Made by a program: the position numbers and the translations under genes | Part shown: piece after piece, positions 1-15,827 of the stretch | Position numbering within the stretch: the stretch's first letter is position 1 | How the letters are laid out: the number at the start of each line of letters is the position of its first letter | From: Eledone cirrhosa | Lineage: Eukaryota | Assembly: GCA_964016885.1 (NCBI GenBank) | Contig: OZ024760.1 | Location: 2,170,001 to 2,234,000 of the forward strand | Length of the DNA: 64,000 nt | Reading direction: 5' to 3' | The notes under the pieces: generated by a model | Database searches by the model: none | Seen by the model: only the letters and a program-made list of their open reading frames with translations | What the model was told of the DNA's origin: nothing

Positions 1-395
1 ACCTTGATGAAATGTATTAATGTATTGAATCTTGGTGATTTTTTCATTTAAATATAAATATAAATATATATATATTTATATAGTAATAATAAATGTGAAG
101 ACTAAAATCCGATAAGGGCTCGATAAGGATTATATATATATACATTTGCCAATACTGTTTGTTTTTATTGATTTATTATTTTAAATCGAGATAGGCAAAC
201 TGTAATATTATAATTAGTATATTTCATTCTAGCTAAGTTAATTTCTTTTACAATATAAACACAGATATGTTGGTATTTGTGTTTCATCATATATATTAAT
301 TTATATTTACTTGTATTATACGGCTCAGAAATATTTTTTTTCTTTGAGCTATTTCATTGTAAAGGAATGCTTGAGTTTTGAACTCAATACACTTA

Positions 396-427
<32 letters not shown>

Positions 428-1326
428 AAAATCCATAGAGCAAATATTTATTAAAAAAAACAGATTAAAGTTTAAGCAAAGAATTGTTGCTTTCACTCTT
501 AAACTTTAATCTGTTATTTTAATAAATATATATATTTATTTATCGACAGTCGATCAACAAGATCCCAGACCTCATTCGGTTAACGAGTGGGGTGGAGCTC
601 ATCAAATTGGACCGAGGAAAGAATGTTTCCGTTGGTCTTTCCAATTGCTAATACTGTCTGTCGGTCGCAAATCCAGGCAGAAGGAGCAATGTGAAATAAA
701 GTGTCTTGCTGAAGGACATAACGCATCGCCCGATCCAGGAATCAAAATCACAACCTCACGATTGTGAATCCAGCTCTCTAACTACTCAGCCACACACCTT
801 CACTATTTTAAATATATAAATATATATATTTTTTTTTTTTTTAGGTCAAATACCAACCCTACTACCATCTACAAACTGACCAATGAGAATCAAGACTATT
901 GCTGCTGACAACATTAAATTATTCCTAACAAGCTCATATGTCCCAAGGCTCTGATACAATCAACACTATAAACACAGAGCTGGCATATCTAAGAACTGAC
1001 TAACTCCCTGATGAGGTCATAGCCATTCAATGGCTATCATCGAAATATATATATAGCAGTAAATAAAGGATTATGAGTTCATGCAATTGACTTATGTTTC
1101 GTCACTATATATATATAAATAAGCAAAAGGGATATTTAATTTGTTGGTAATTCAACAAATATATATGTTTATAACTGATTCGAAGCACTCGACAGGTTTC
1201 TGGAGTGTAATATCAATGATATTAAATAAATGGAAGCTATCTTTATAAAACCATATTTATTCTATTATATATATTTCAATGGTAGCTTGAAATATATATA
1301 TTGCCTGGAAATTTAAACGAGAATAG

Positions 1327-1408
1327 ACTTCCCTGACGATGGAATGTTTCTCTATATCTTCTTTGGAAAATATATTTACTCCATTCCAGAAACTAATTAG
1401 TTGGAAGT
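1327..1408 (+). ncRNA. Type I hammerhead motif
   Basis: acttcc-CTGACGA-tggaatg...cattcca-GAAA-CTAATTAG-TT-ggaagt. Confidence 0.82.
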
Positions 1409-1453
1409 GATATTTTAGTAAGTAAGTTAATTTTATAATTTTCTTATTTTACG

Positions 1454-1493
<40 letters not shown>

Positions 1494-1749
1494 ATAATAA
1501 TAAATTTGAAGACTAAAATCCAAAGAGGGTTCGATAAGGATAAATATATATCAAATAAGAACCGTAGAGCAAATATTTTAATATATATATATATATATAT
1601 ATATAACTACAACAGTGACATAAACAGATACTTAAGTTTATTTGGGTTCTTGACCCAACGAAACACTTAAGTACCTGTTGTAGTTATTTATGCCAAACTC
1701 GTCCTATGGACTGAGTGCTCTTACCCATGGATATTTATATCAAACTTTT

Positions 1750-1792
<43 letters not shown>

Positions 1793-1797
<5 letters not shown>

Positions 1798-1967
1798 AGG
1801 ATGAATATAAAATGAAAGTGCTTTTGTTAAAAAAGGAATTTATTAGGTATTGACATATGTTTCTGTAACAGACCGAATAATATTCGGTCTGTTACAGAAA
1901 CATATGTCAATACCTAATAAATTCCTTTTTTAACAAAAGCACTTTCATTTTATATTCATCCTTTCTA
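1793..1967. repeat. Near-perfect palindrome of about 175 bp next to (TA)n
   Basis: Arms are reverse complements around gaataatattc. Confidence 0.95.
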
Positions 1968-2070
1968 CATTTCTCCGGAATATAATTTATACTCGTTGAG
2001 CAAACCTGCACGTACGCTGTTCATCTCTAACGTAACGATATATTATCACTACATTATTGATAACCTGAAA

Positions 2071-2105
<35 letters not shown>

Positions 2106-2478
2106 CAACAAGAAGTGTTTTAAGGACATTATCCCAGATATTGAATGTTATTCAACAATGAGCATAGAAGAAGAAAAATATTATTTATTAATGTTTTACT
2201 ATAAGGTAGAAACAATGAACAGCTCAATATTTCTGCAATTGACTCTTATTCAAAGAATGAGCAGAGAAAAACAAAACTATTATTTATTAATTTTACACTG
2301 TAAGATAGAAATAAAGCATTGCTCAAAATTTTGGCTAGTGTTTCAAGAATAAGAACGCAAGAAGAAAATATTATTTACTAATTTTACACTGTATCAAAGA
2401 CACAAAGAATTGCTCAATATTTTGAACACTGATTCTTATTCAAGAATGAGCTGGCAAGAAGAAAAACATAATTATTAC

Positions 2479-2771
2479 CAATTTAACAATTAACTTATGG
2501 AGTATGTTGCTGTTGTACATTCTACGTCGGTGATCTTCGAAGAAGTCTTTGATGTACATGCAGGGTTTTTCTTCATAGTAAGGCATTATGTAATAGATTT
2601 TGTCTTTGGTAACTGGCTTAATGGGCGGCGATGTACTCTGCCATTGAGGTATTTCAACAGCAGTGTTCTGATCTACGGATTTGTCTTCTTCAGATTCTCC
2701 TGTCTCTTCACTACTGTCCCCATCTCTATTTGTAGGTGGGTTATAACCATCCAGAACATTCCCAGAGTTCC
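2479..2771 (-). CDS. OTOF: Otoferlin-like exon: GNSGNVLDGYNPP...STSPPIKPVTKDKIYYIMPYYEEKPCMYIKDFFEDHRRRMYNSNILHKLIVKL
   Basis: Flanked by tatttcAG and GTaata; 293 nt, phase 1 to 0. Matches 'GNYGN..DG', 'LPY.E.KPC' and 'DQRRRLYNANI'. Confidence 0.92.
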
Positions 2772-2834
2772 CTGAAATAGAGACAAAAATAAATAAATTA
2801 AATAAGCAGATCTATAGGTAAGCAAGATGATTAA

Positions 2835-3902
2835 TTTTCTCCAAGTTTCTTGGGGTGATGCTTGTGGCAGGTCTTCCAAATAGCTCTTATCTTCCAGGAA
2901 CATTCTTCCTCTTTTGAAGCACCCATTGTTTCTTGAGGTGATGCTTGTGGCAGGTCTTCCAAATAGCTCTTATCTTCCAGGAACGTTCTTCCTCTTTTGA
3001 AGTACCCATTGTTTCTTGGGGTGATGCTTGTGGCAGGTCTTCCAGATAGCTCTTATCTTCCAGGAACGTTCTTCCTCTTTTGAAGTACCCATTGTTTCTT
3101 GAGGTGATGCTTGTGGCAGGTCTTCCAAATATCTCTTATCTTCCAGGAACATTCTTCCTCTTTTGAAGCACCCATTGTTTCTTGGGGTGATGCTTGTAGC
3201 AGGTCTTCCAAATAGCTCTTATCTTCCAGGAACGTTCTTCCTCTTTTGAAGTACCCATTGTTTCTTGAGGTGATGCTTGTGGCAGGTCTTCCAAATATCT
3301 CTTATCTTCCAGGAACATTCTTCCTCTTTTGAAGCACCCATTGTTTCTTGGGGTGATGCTTGTGGCAGGTCTTCCAAATAGCTCTTATCTTCCAGGAACG
3401 TTCTTCCTCTTTTGAAGTACCCATTGTTTCTTGAGGTGATGCTTGTGGCAGGTCTTCCAAATATCTCTTATCTTCCAGGAACATTCTTCCTCTTTTGAAG
3501 CACCCATTGTTTCTTGGGGTGATGCTTGTGGCAGGTCTTCCAAATAGCTCTTATCTTCCAGGAACATTCTTCCTCTTTTGAAGTACCCATTGCGTACAAC
3601 CAATTGCCTCATCACTGTAAACTTGCCAAACTATCTTCAATGACTCTGTAGCATACTTCCTAAGTTGAATGCAAAATTTCACGTTGGCTCTTTGTTCCAA
3701 CTTCCTATTCCTGACAAAATTGCAGACTACAGCATACACGTGATCACAAAACACATACATTTCCCAACTTTCAAAGTGAACACAGCGATGTCACACTGGT
3801 GTATAAAGGTCACTGCTAGATCTCACTTTGTCTGCAACCATGTGTTGCCATCTATTGGTGCGCTACCGAACTAGTCCAAAAAGGTTTTGATCACACCTCG
3901 TA
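2835..3902 (-). mobile_element. Mariner transposon remnant (left TIR plus transposase N-terminus), partly amplified as an 83-bp minisatellite
   Basis: TA-CGAGGTGTGATCAAAA terminus at about 3885-3902; translation LEQRANVKFC..K.ATE...QVYSDEA..FKRGRMFLED..GRPATSITP. Confidence 0.85.
2840..3591. repeat. 83-bp minisatellite, about 9 units, with a 166-bp higher-order dimer
   Basis: Directly visible; near-identical ORFs recur every 166 bp. Confidence 0.97.
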
Positions 3903-4016
3903 TATATATATATTATTATTACATAAATAAATATATATATACATGCCTACATATATTCATACATATATATATATATATATACACACAGATCTATATAAAT
4001 ATATAAATGTATATAT

Positions 4017-4078
<62 letters not shown>

Positions 4079-4254
4079 GCACATATATATATATGAAACA
4101 CAAATTTAAATAATTTTGAAAACCATACAGTGTACTAGAAAGTATGGTTTTTAAAATTATTTAAATTTGTGTTAGTGTTGTAGTTTGCTTGAAGCATTGT
4201 TGATTAGGAAACATGAATTTAAAAAATTATATATATATATATACATATATATGC

Positions 4255-4293
<39 letters not shown>

Positions 4294-4778
4294 TATATAT
4301 ATATACTTATATATATACTTATATATATATATATATATATGCATTTTACTTCTGCGTTCACAGATTGATTTTTTTAGTTTCAGAAGATCCCATTAAGGGT
4401 AAAAGTAGCGATTCTTTGCTTAAACTTTAATCTGTTATTTTAATAAATATATATACACATATATTCTTTTCAAATTATTATCCGAATTTCTTTATGGTTT
4501 TATACTGCAGCCATCTCTAAAATTAATATATATATAGGTTGATAATATGTGAAAATAAACTCTGATAATGCTGATTTTGAGCCTATTCCTGATGGTCACC
4601 TTAAAAAAACCATAAGGAAATTCGGATAATATTCTTTTTAAAATTTGTTTAAAGAAATATTTTGAATTTCTGATTTTTATAACTTCACACACTCTGGATG
4701 ACTCTCTATCAGTTGAAACAAGTGTTAGTTTAACAGCATATTGTTTCGTTGGTGCCTTTTAATCTTTATATATATATT

Positions 4779-4978
4779 AATAGGAACAAGTAAGACCCCG
4801 ACGGCTGAGCTCAAGCCGTTTCGACGGCTAAATCAATCAGTCCAGAATTAGCCGTCGAAACGGCTTCAGCTCAGCTGTCAGGGTCTTACTTGTTCCTATT
4901 ACCCACTCTACTACCATAAGTATTGAGTACTTTGGTGCGTTATGGTCCACCTGGTTCCTTACCACATTTCCTTCGTTA
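4779..4978 (+). mobile_element. Penelope-like short element (family C) with fold-back; copies at 14886-15050, 47530-47665, 47900-48000, 48925-49101 and 61708-61898
   Basis: Shared sequence GAAACGGCttgagctcaGCCGTCggggtc...tattgagtactttggtgcg; every copy is flanked by TA runs. Confidence 0.7.
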
Positions 4979-5132
4979 TATATATTAATATATATATATA
5001 TATGTGTATGTATTTAGTCTGAAGAGGACGTGTTCTGGTTTATGTTATACATAAAACTTTGCATCTTCGAAATATATATATAATGAAAGAAATAGAGATG
5101 ATATAAAGTATATATCTTTCGTTTATTACTAC

Positions 5133-5176
<44 letters not shown>

Positions 5177-5302
5177 GGAGAGAGAGAGAGAGGGAGAGAA
5201 AGAGATATGGTCATCTGATCAGACTTGTATCACAACGTGACAACTGATCTAAATCATGCTAGCATGTAAAAATGGAGTTTAATGATGATGATGATGATAA
5301 GG

Positions 5303-5351
<49 letters not shown>

Positions 5352-5432
5352 TATATATATATATACACACACATGTTTTGGACATAGTTTTGATTTTTGT
5401 GTAATTTACATATATTTATATATATATAAATG

Positions 5433-5500
<68 letters not shown>

Positions 5501-5841
5501 CATATATATATATATACACACACAAGCAGGGAAAAGTGGATGTAAAATAATAATGATATATATGTATTTATATATACATATATACACACATAAACCTGAT
5601 TGAATGAAGTTAGACAGACGAAATAAAATAGAATCAATTGGTGAATTGCTTAGCAAATAAAATGAATCGATGGATAAATAAAAGAATAAAAGAATAATTA
5701 TATTCAATGATTCTCTCATTCATTTATTCATTATTGAATTCCATTATTCTTTTATTCTGGTAGTTACCCATTCATTTTTTTTTTGCTTACTGATTCACTC
5801 ATTGATTCTATTTCGTATCGTCTGTCCAGGTTCATTCAAAC

Positions 5842-5884
<43 letters not shown>

Positions 5885-5885
<1 letters not shown>

Positions 5886-6270
5886 TATTTTCAGGTCTTT
5901 ACGAAGTTCCGACTTCCACACCGATCTCAAGCTGTGGCACGTTACCCAGGCTTTGCTCTTCCTCTCGACCACATCATCTTCTGTATTCCCAATCTTTGCT
6001 CCCAAATACAGGAAGTCCTCAACCAATTCTAGCGGCTTCCCACCTCCATTCATAATCTTCTCTGGCTTCTTAATATTCTCTACCAGATACTTTGTCTTAA
6101 TCTCATTCATTCTCAGCCCCACACTGGAAGACCGAGGTTAACATATGTTGATGCCTTAAGGACAGACACTGGTCTGTTGGAGATGCAGGACATGGCAGCA
6201 ATAATGAGGGACAGAGACCGCTGGAGAGAACTCGTCCATGGATCTCGGGAATTTTACCCGCCCTAGACAT
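5885..6270. mobile_element. RTE-type LINE fragment with an internal inversion
   Basis: Minus strand reads LELVEDFLYLGA..KAW..LRSVWKS; plus strand from about 6125 reads GRPRLTYVDALRTDTGL. Confidence 0.75.
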
Positions 6271-6292
6271 AGACATATATATGTATATATAT

Positions 6293-6636
6293 ATCATTTC
6301 ATCATTTCATTTTACGTCCGCTTTTTCCCTGCTTGCAAGGGTGGGACGGGAACTGATGCTGGCTTGATTTCTACAGCTCGATGCCCTTCCTAACACCAAC
6401 CTCATTTACAGTGAGTGCTGGGTGCTTTTTTGCCGTGGCACCTCCACGACCACTTTGCAGTGGAATGATAGAGACCCCAGTCCCTATCATCTCATTTCTA
6501 CAGCTGAGTAAACTGGAGCAATGTGAAATAAGGTGTCTTGCTCAAGGAAACAACACATCACCCGGTCTGAGAATTGAACTCACAACCTTTCGATTGCAAG
6601 CCCAATGATCTAACCACTAAGCCATGTGCCTCCATG
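6293..6636 (-). mobile_element. SINE family 1 copy
   Basis: Reverse complement of 46255-46608. Confidence 0.9.
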
Positions 6637-6828
6637 TACATATATATATAAATGATGGCTGCAACTCGATTTTGAGTGATGCCATCACTAGATATTTAAG
6701 TATGAGCATCATAGGCGTGGCCTTTTAGTCCTGCTAGGAACTTCCCTATGGCCCCCAAAAATGTCACATAACAAGCAATGCCTGTGCTTGAAGCCTTTTT
6801 AAGTGAAGAAAACCTTTGCATAGGGAAA

Positions 6829-6907
<79 letters not shown>

Positions 6908-8800
6908 GTTATTAGGAGTATTCCAAAGCTTGGTAGAACAAGTTGTGAGGAAAGTTCTCAACATACGTTAAGGTGACTCGACAGGTTGGTAGGGATTCTG
7001 TAGTGGAAACACGAACAAACGAGGAGTGTAATCAAAGAAGAGAAATAGGACGAAGGTAAACAGTTACAAAAGAATTTAATCCACGTATTAACAATTGTTT
7101 CATTTCCTAAGGTCATTCCAATTTTGTATTTTGAAAATTCGGATGCTACAGTATCTTTCTTGATTGCCTATTATAACATAGTGTAGCAATAATGGACTGA
7201 AACTCTGATGAAACAATTGTTAATACGTGGATTAAATTCTTTTGTAACTGTTTACCTTCGTCCTATTTCTCTTCTTTGATATATATATATATGTGTGTGT
7301 GTGTATCGTCAGTCAATCGACTTTCGTCAAATCGGACTGAGGAAACAATGTATTAGCAATTAGAAACTAATTGCTAATACTATCTATCGGTTGCAACTCC
7401 AGGTAGAAGGAGCAACATGAAATAAAGTGTCTTGCTCAAGGATATAACACATCGTCTGGTTCGGGAATTGAACTCACAACTTCACAATTACGAAGCCAAT
7501 TCTCTAACCACTCAGCCATGTGCCTTCACATAGTAATGATATACACACACAGATACATAGCTATATGTGTGTGTTTTGCCCGATTAGTTTTGCTTGATAA
7601 TCAAAAGAGTTAAAATAATTAAACTAATTAAGATAATTCATTAATCAGAGCTATTCATCAAATTAAAAATACAAGGAAATAATAGACAAAAATAGACATT
7701 TTTTTTCTTCAAAGTCCCGACTGCAGTTTCACCAAACTGCTTTGCAGCAAATTATGCACTATAGAAGTGCACCAGTGTATCACATGTTAATTTAATTTTC
7801 ACACACACACACACACACGTGTGAGTCCTGGGTTCAATCAGGGGTAACCACAGTAAGTAAGGTACTCAATACATTATTAGAGTGTAAACATCAAATTTAA
7901 TATAGAAATGGCTACTACAGGACCAGAACAGTTTCATTTGAAGGAAATGATCCTGATGATTTCATACAAATGAAGCAGTTCTAGTCCTGTTAATAATTAT
8001 TTCTACTATAGGCACAAGGCCAGCAATTTTGTGGACGGGGAAATTCGATTAAATCGAACCCAGTGCATTATTGGGGATTATTTTATTGACCCTGTAAGGC
8101 GCGTGGCTGAGTGGTTAGAGAATTAGATTCACAATCGTGAGGTTGTCAGTTCTATTCCTGGACCAGGTGATGTGTTATGTCCTTGAGCAAGACACTTTAT
8201 TTCACGTTGCTCCTTCTACCTGGAGTTGCGACCAATAGAGGGTATTAGCAATTGGAAAGACCAATGGAAACATTGTTTCTTCAGTGAGATTTGACGAAAG
8301 TCGATCGACTGTCGAAGGATGAAAGGCAAAGCTAACCTCAGCGGGATTTGAACACAGAACATAAAGGGCCGTAACTCTATGCTGCAAAGTATATGTTCTG
8401 ATGGTCTACCGATACCGCCAATCCACCACCCTTAGTCCTGTTAATAATACATATACTATATAGTAGTATACTCTTTTACTCTTTTACCCGTTTCAGCCAT
8501 CCGGCTGAGGCCATGCTGGGGCACCGCCCTTATATATATGTATTATTTACCAAGAAGATTCTAGAACCCAGGTGTGTCTTCTCTATCTCTCTGGTTATCC
8601 ATCACTCTCTCTTTCTCTCTCTCTCTCTCGACCCTTTCTCCCTTTGTCAGTTTCTTGCTCTCTCTCTCTCTCTCTGTATATATATATATATATATATATC
8701 TTTGCCTCTGATTAACTGACTCTCTGTCTCTCTTTCTCTCTCTCTTTCTCCCCTCACCCTGTCAGTTTCTCTCTCTCTTTCCCCCCTCTCTCTGTCAGTT

Positions 8801-8833
<33 letters not shown>

Positions 8834-8848
8834 CTTTGCCTCTGATTA

Positions 8849-9160
<312 letters not shown>

Positions 9161-9629
9161 CTAGAATGAGAAAAAAAGAGAGGATAAATAGCAAGAAGAT
9201 GCCAAATGACACACACACACTTATACATATATATATATACATTATATGTAGGTTCCCGAGTGATGTCGGGAGGGGGAGATAACCATATTTAAATAAGGTA
9301 CTTAACCCTTTAATGTTCAAACCGGCCAAAACCGGCCAGAATTCTCTACCTCTTTCATGACCGAGTGGGGCCTTCAGTTTAAATATCATCATCATCATCA
9401 TTTTATGTCCGCTTTTCTCTGCTTGCAAGGGTGGGATGGGTCCTATTCAGCACAGCATTACTCCATTCATCCTTTGTCATCTCCTCCATGAGCTTCAGCA
9501 ATCTGAAGTTTGCTCTCACCACCTCCGACCATGTTTTTTGTGGTTTTGCTCGACTGTGTCTTCCTTCTACTGGGACACTTATATATATAATGATATTGTC
9601 ATTTAAAACTTAGCATCTACTTTTAACAG

Positions 9630-10040
9630 TTATGGATTGGCAGTATCGGTAGAGGATCGGATGCCATGCTTTCCACCCGCCGAGGTTGACTTTGCCTTTC
9701 ATCCTTACGGGGTCGATAAAATAAAGTACCAGTAATGCACTGGGTAATTGCTGTCGTTGTGCCTAAAGTAGAATCAATTATTGAGATAATAACACAGTGG
9801 ATGGGGGGGGGGGTGCAGTGGATTGGCAGTATCGGTAGAGAGTCAGACACCATGCTTTGCAGCATAGAGTTACGGTCCTTTACGGTCTGAGTTCAAATCC
9901 CGCCGAGGTTAACTTTGCCTTTCATCCTTACGGGGTCGATAAAATATAGCACCAGTAACGTACTGGGGTCGATTTAATCAACTTTCCTTTCCTCCCAAAT
10001 TACAGGCCTTGTGCCTAAAGTAGAAATCATTATTGAGATA
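9630..10040 (+). mobile_element. SINE family 2, two tandem copies
   Basis: ggattggcagtatcggtagag, gagttcaaatcccgccgagg, gcctttcatccttacggggtcgataaa and ccttgtgcctaaagtagaa. Confidence 0.85.
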
Positions 10041-10577
10041 AACAATTCTTCAGATATCATAAAATTGTCGTGATAAATGGCTGTTTTTACTGACAATATT
10101 TATTTTGTAAATTTCATGAAATCGCTGATGACAGAAAATGAGTGGAATTAATATTTAATACCAAATCCCTTGAGTCAATGAACACATTATAATATGGATA
10201 CATTTATATATTAATAATTTGGTATATTTAAAATATTTTGTTTATTTTATAAAGTCTCGTGACACAGAACTGAGTGGAATTAATAGATTGTATTGACAAC
10301 CATGCAACTCGCAAAATAAGCACGGCCATACCTACACATATATATATAATTTTTTTTTTTATTATAGCAATGACTTCTACATGACTAGAACTGTTTCATT
10401 CGTAAGAAATCATCTGGAAAAGACTTTCCTGATAATTTCTTACGAATGAAGCAGTTCTAGTCCTGTAGAAGTGAGTTCTATAATAAAATATATCTGCCTA
10501 TACTCTATTAGCGTATCAAGTACCTTTTTTAACAGTGGTTGCCTCCCTATATGTATGAGGATTCCACCTGTGTATGT

Positions 10578-10942
10578 ATCATCATCATCATCATCATCAT
10601 TTCATTTTACATCCGCTTTTTCCCTGCTTGCAAGGGTGGGACGGGAACTGATTTTGGCTTGATTTCTACAGCTGGATGCCCTTCCTAACACCAACCTCAT
10701 TTACAGTGAGTGCTGGGCGCTTTTTTTTTCCGTGGCACTTCCACGACCACTTTGCAGTAGAATGATAGGGACCCCAGTCCCTATCATCTCATTTCTACAG
10801 CTGAGTAAACTGGAGCAATGTGAAATAAAGTGTCTTGCTCAAGGAAACAACACATCACCCGGTCTGAGAATTGAACTCACAACCTTTCGATTGCAAGGCC
10901 AATGCTCTAACCACTTGCAATCGAAAGGTTGTGAGTTCAATT
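10578..10942 (-). mobile_element. SINE family 1 copy with a short inverted duplication at its 5' end
   Basis: Reverse complement of family 1; aattgaactcacaacctttcgattgcaag is mirrored at 10914-10943. Confidence 0.88.
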
Positions 10943-10972
10943 GTATATATATATATATATATATGTATATGT

Positions 10973-11003
<31 letters not shown>

Positions 11004-11172
11004 ATATGTAGATATGTATATGTATATGTATATATATATATATATAATATGTAGATCCCAATGTATATAGGGAGGTGACTACTGTTAAAAAAAGGTACTT
11101 AATATGTTAGTAGAGTATAGGCAGATATATTTTATTATATATATATATATGTATACATAAATATAGATATAT

Positions 11173-11403
11173 ATATTGGAATTTCGTATTTCTAAAGAAA
11201 TACGGTATGTTTATAGATAAACATTTAGAAAGCCGTAGCCATGCAAAACACCGGAGCTATTGCCCTCTGGTAGTGTCCAGCAGTCCCTTGCTACTGCTGG
11301 ACACTACCAGAGGGAGATAGCCTCGGTGTTTTGCATGGCTACGGCTTTCTAAATGTTTATCTATAAACATACCGTATTTCTTTAGAAATACGAAATTCCA
11401 ATA
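11173..11403. repeat. Fold-back palindrome of about 230 bp
   Basis: Arms are reverse complements around cccttgct. Confidence 0.95.
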
Positions 11404-11426
11404 CATATCTGTGTACAACTATGCAT

Positions 11427-12071
<645 letters not shown>

Positions 12072-12080
12072 CAACATTAC

Positions 12081-12292
12081 CTCTGGTAGAGCGTTGCATG
12101 TTTCAAGCTCGACTTGAGTAATGGCGTCCATGTTGTCAACAATTTCTGCAGACACAGCTACCAATAGTCGGCCACGGTAGGAGACACCTTCCCCGAGACC
12201 ATTATTCAGATATGTATGTTCACTTAGAATGCTGTAGTACCTCGTTGAACCATATAGATTGATCCAAGATGGACCAAACGTTGGCAAGAATC
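12081..12292 (-). CDS. OTOF: Otoferlin-like exon: GFLPTFGPSWINLYGSTRYYSILSEHTYLNNGLGEGVSYRGRLLVAVSAEIVDNMDAITQVELETCNALPE
   Basis: Flanked by ttttctAG and GTaatg; 212 nt, phase 1 to 0. Contains the ferlin signature GFLPTFGP.W.N.YGS and GEGVSYRGRLL. Confidence 0.95.
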
Positions 12293-12778
12293 CTAGAAAA
12301 GAAAAAAAAAAAAGGGGAAAATGTACAAAGACTGAAGAAAAATATAGTCTGAAACTTCCCCTGTTCCCCTTATGATACAAAACTGTTAATTTTAAAGTGT
12401 TTATCATCGTCATCGATTAATGTCTATCTTCCAGGATAGCATGGGTTAGATGGGTTTGTCCCATTTAGAGGCAAGTTGGGTCGGGTGACCGTGTCTCACT
12501 CATCTAGGACAGTTTCTGGCTGAATTTTCTACAACTGGATGTCCTTCGTAAGGCCAATAAGATTTACAGTGTGTGCTGGGTACTTCTTGCTCTGTCTCCT
12601 ACACAACCACTTTACAGTGTGGGCTAGATGTTTTGTGGTACCAACATAACATACATACACAGACACACACACAGACAGTCCTATGCGAGCAAGACAACCA
12701 CTCTTGCCTCAAGTGAGAAAACTCCCGTCCAAACCCATGCAAGCGTGGAACATGGACGTTAAACGATAATGATGATGA

Positions 12779-12821
<43 letters not shown>

Positions 12822-13531
12822 TATATATATATAATATATATAATTATGATGATGATATATATATATATATCTTTATTATATGTACAGATTAAAGTTTAAG
12901 CCAAGAATCCTTGCTTTCACTCTTTTACAAGATCTTCCATGTTAATTTTATGTAAGAACCTTTGTTAATTTTTTGTTTTTTAAAGAATAATTTTCAATTT
13001 ACAAAAAAATGTATAAAGCAATAAAGAAATGAAGAATAAAAGAAAAAGAATCTAAACACTATCTTAACCCTTTTGATACCTACCTGAAACCATCCTTGGT
13101 ACTATGATATAAAACTGTGTGTTTTAACCTTTTGTTTTTTGTAAAATCAAGAATTTGCAGCCATTTCATAATATAACTAACTTTATCATTAGTAAGCTGG
13201 TGTTTAGAACATAAGAAAGGTTCTTAAATAAAATTATAAAGGAAGGTTTTAATCCTTTAGCATTTACATTACTCTATATATATACTATTGTATTTTCATG
13301 GTAAATATTGAATCTATGAGATTTTGATATTATTTATTTTGAGAACAATACTTTGTTTTTTATTTAAGTTTTTTATTGTGTAATGCGTATTTCACTGAGG
13401 AGTGGTTCAAGGTCACCCATAGAAGTTTATGGACCTGACTCCAGTATCGATCTGCTCGTCAAATGCGTGATTCAGCAAAAAAATACAAAATATATATATA
13501 TATATATGTAAAAAAACAGGACAACTCCTAC

Positions 13532-13718
13532 CTTTATCACCCTCATTAGATATCTTTCCTAAATCAATGAAATGCGTTCCAATCACATCTTCATTCACAC
13601 TATCGTTGTCGCGTAGTTGTATTCTTATCCTCCGGCACAATGGAGGGAACATTTCGTTAAATATCAACTGCTCATTCCAGACAGGCTCATAAGCTCCCTT
13701 TTTCACTGAGGTCTTTCC
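13532..13718 (-). CDS. OTOF: Otoferlin-like exon (C2C): [62 protein letters not shown]
   Basis: Flanked by tttctAG and GTagga; 187 nt, phase 0 to 1. Contains the C2 motif P.WNEQ plus FPPLC and IGTHFIDL. Confidence 0.95.
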
Positions 13719-14194
13719 CTAGAAAGTAGAAATATTATGTACAACAACAACAAGCTGTTTAACTGTATACACACAGATATATATTTATATATATAAACGA
13801 GTGTTGTAGTTTGCTTAAAGTATTGTGGAATAGGAAATACAAATTCAAATAAGTTTAAAAGCTTTACAATGCATAGAAGATTAAAGGTGCAAAGAAAATG
13901 ACAGGATTTTAACTTAGCAAATTTAATTATCTCAAATATTTTGGGCTTTAAAAACCCATTATCAAGAGAGGAACCGTGTGAAGGTCTTCAAGGATCAGTT
14001 GAAGATATATGTGTCTTTTGGCTGGACTATCTAGCATTCTGTCTACCTGTGTTTCTATCTATCTGTCTGTCTATTTGTCTGTCAGTCTGTGTGTCTATCT
14101 ATCTGTCTGTCTGTTTTCCTGTCTATCTGTGTGTGTGCCTGTCTTTCTGTCTATTTATATATCTATTTATATATAACTGTGTATGTGTGTATGT

Positions 14195-14885
<691 letters not shown>

Positions 14886-15198
14886 GCGAGGGAAAAGTGG
14901 TAAGGAACCAGGTGGACCATAACGCACCAAAGTACTCAATACTTAGGGTAGTAGAGTGGGTAATAGGAGTAAGTAAGACCCCGACGGCTGAGCTCAGAAT
15001 TAGCCGTCGAGGCGGCTTGAGCTCAGCCGTCGGGGTCTTACTTACTCCTATATATATATATATATATGGAGGAAGTTATAGTTCACTTGAAGCATTGTGT
15101 AATGAGGTATAAACGTTTGTATATGTATAATAAAGCCAAAACAATGCAGGTATGGACTTGGCAAGCTATTTAGAACACTGGTTTAACCGCTTTACTTC

Positions 15199-15233
15199 CC
15201 TCCGAAGAAGAGATATTATCTCGAAAATTAAGG
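15199..15233 (+). ncRNA. Variant-core minimal hammerhead-like motif
   Basis: cct-CCGAAGA-a gagata t tatctc-GAAA-AT-TA-agg, lying between inverted arms at 15108-15157 and 15306-15354. Confidence 0.5.
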
Positions 15234-15347
15234 ACATTTAAATAATTCTAAGGTAAAAGACTAATTGTCAACAATATCTTTTGCATTTGCATTCTTTATT
15301 CTATGTCCATACCTGCATTGTTTTGGCTTTATTATACATATACAAAC

Positions 15348-15388
<41 letters not shown>

Positions 15389-15422
15389 TACATATGCGAG
15401 CAAGACAACCACTCTTGCCTCA

Positions 15423-15827
<405 letters not shown>

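Noticed and set aside
2497-2775. Plus-strand 92-aa ORF
   Set aside because: It is the antisense shadow of the otoferlin exon.
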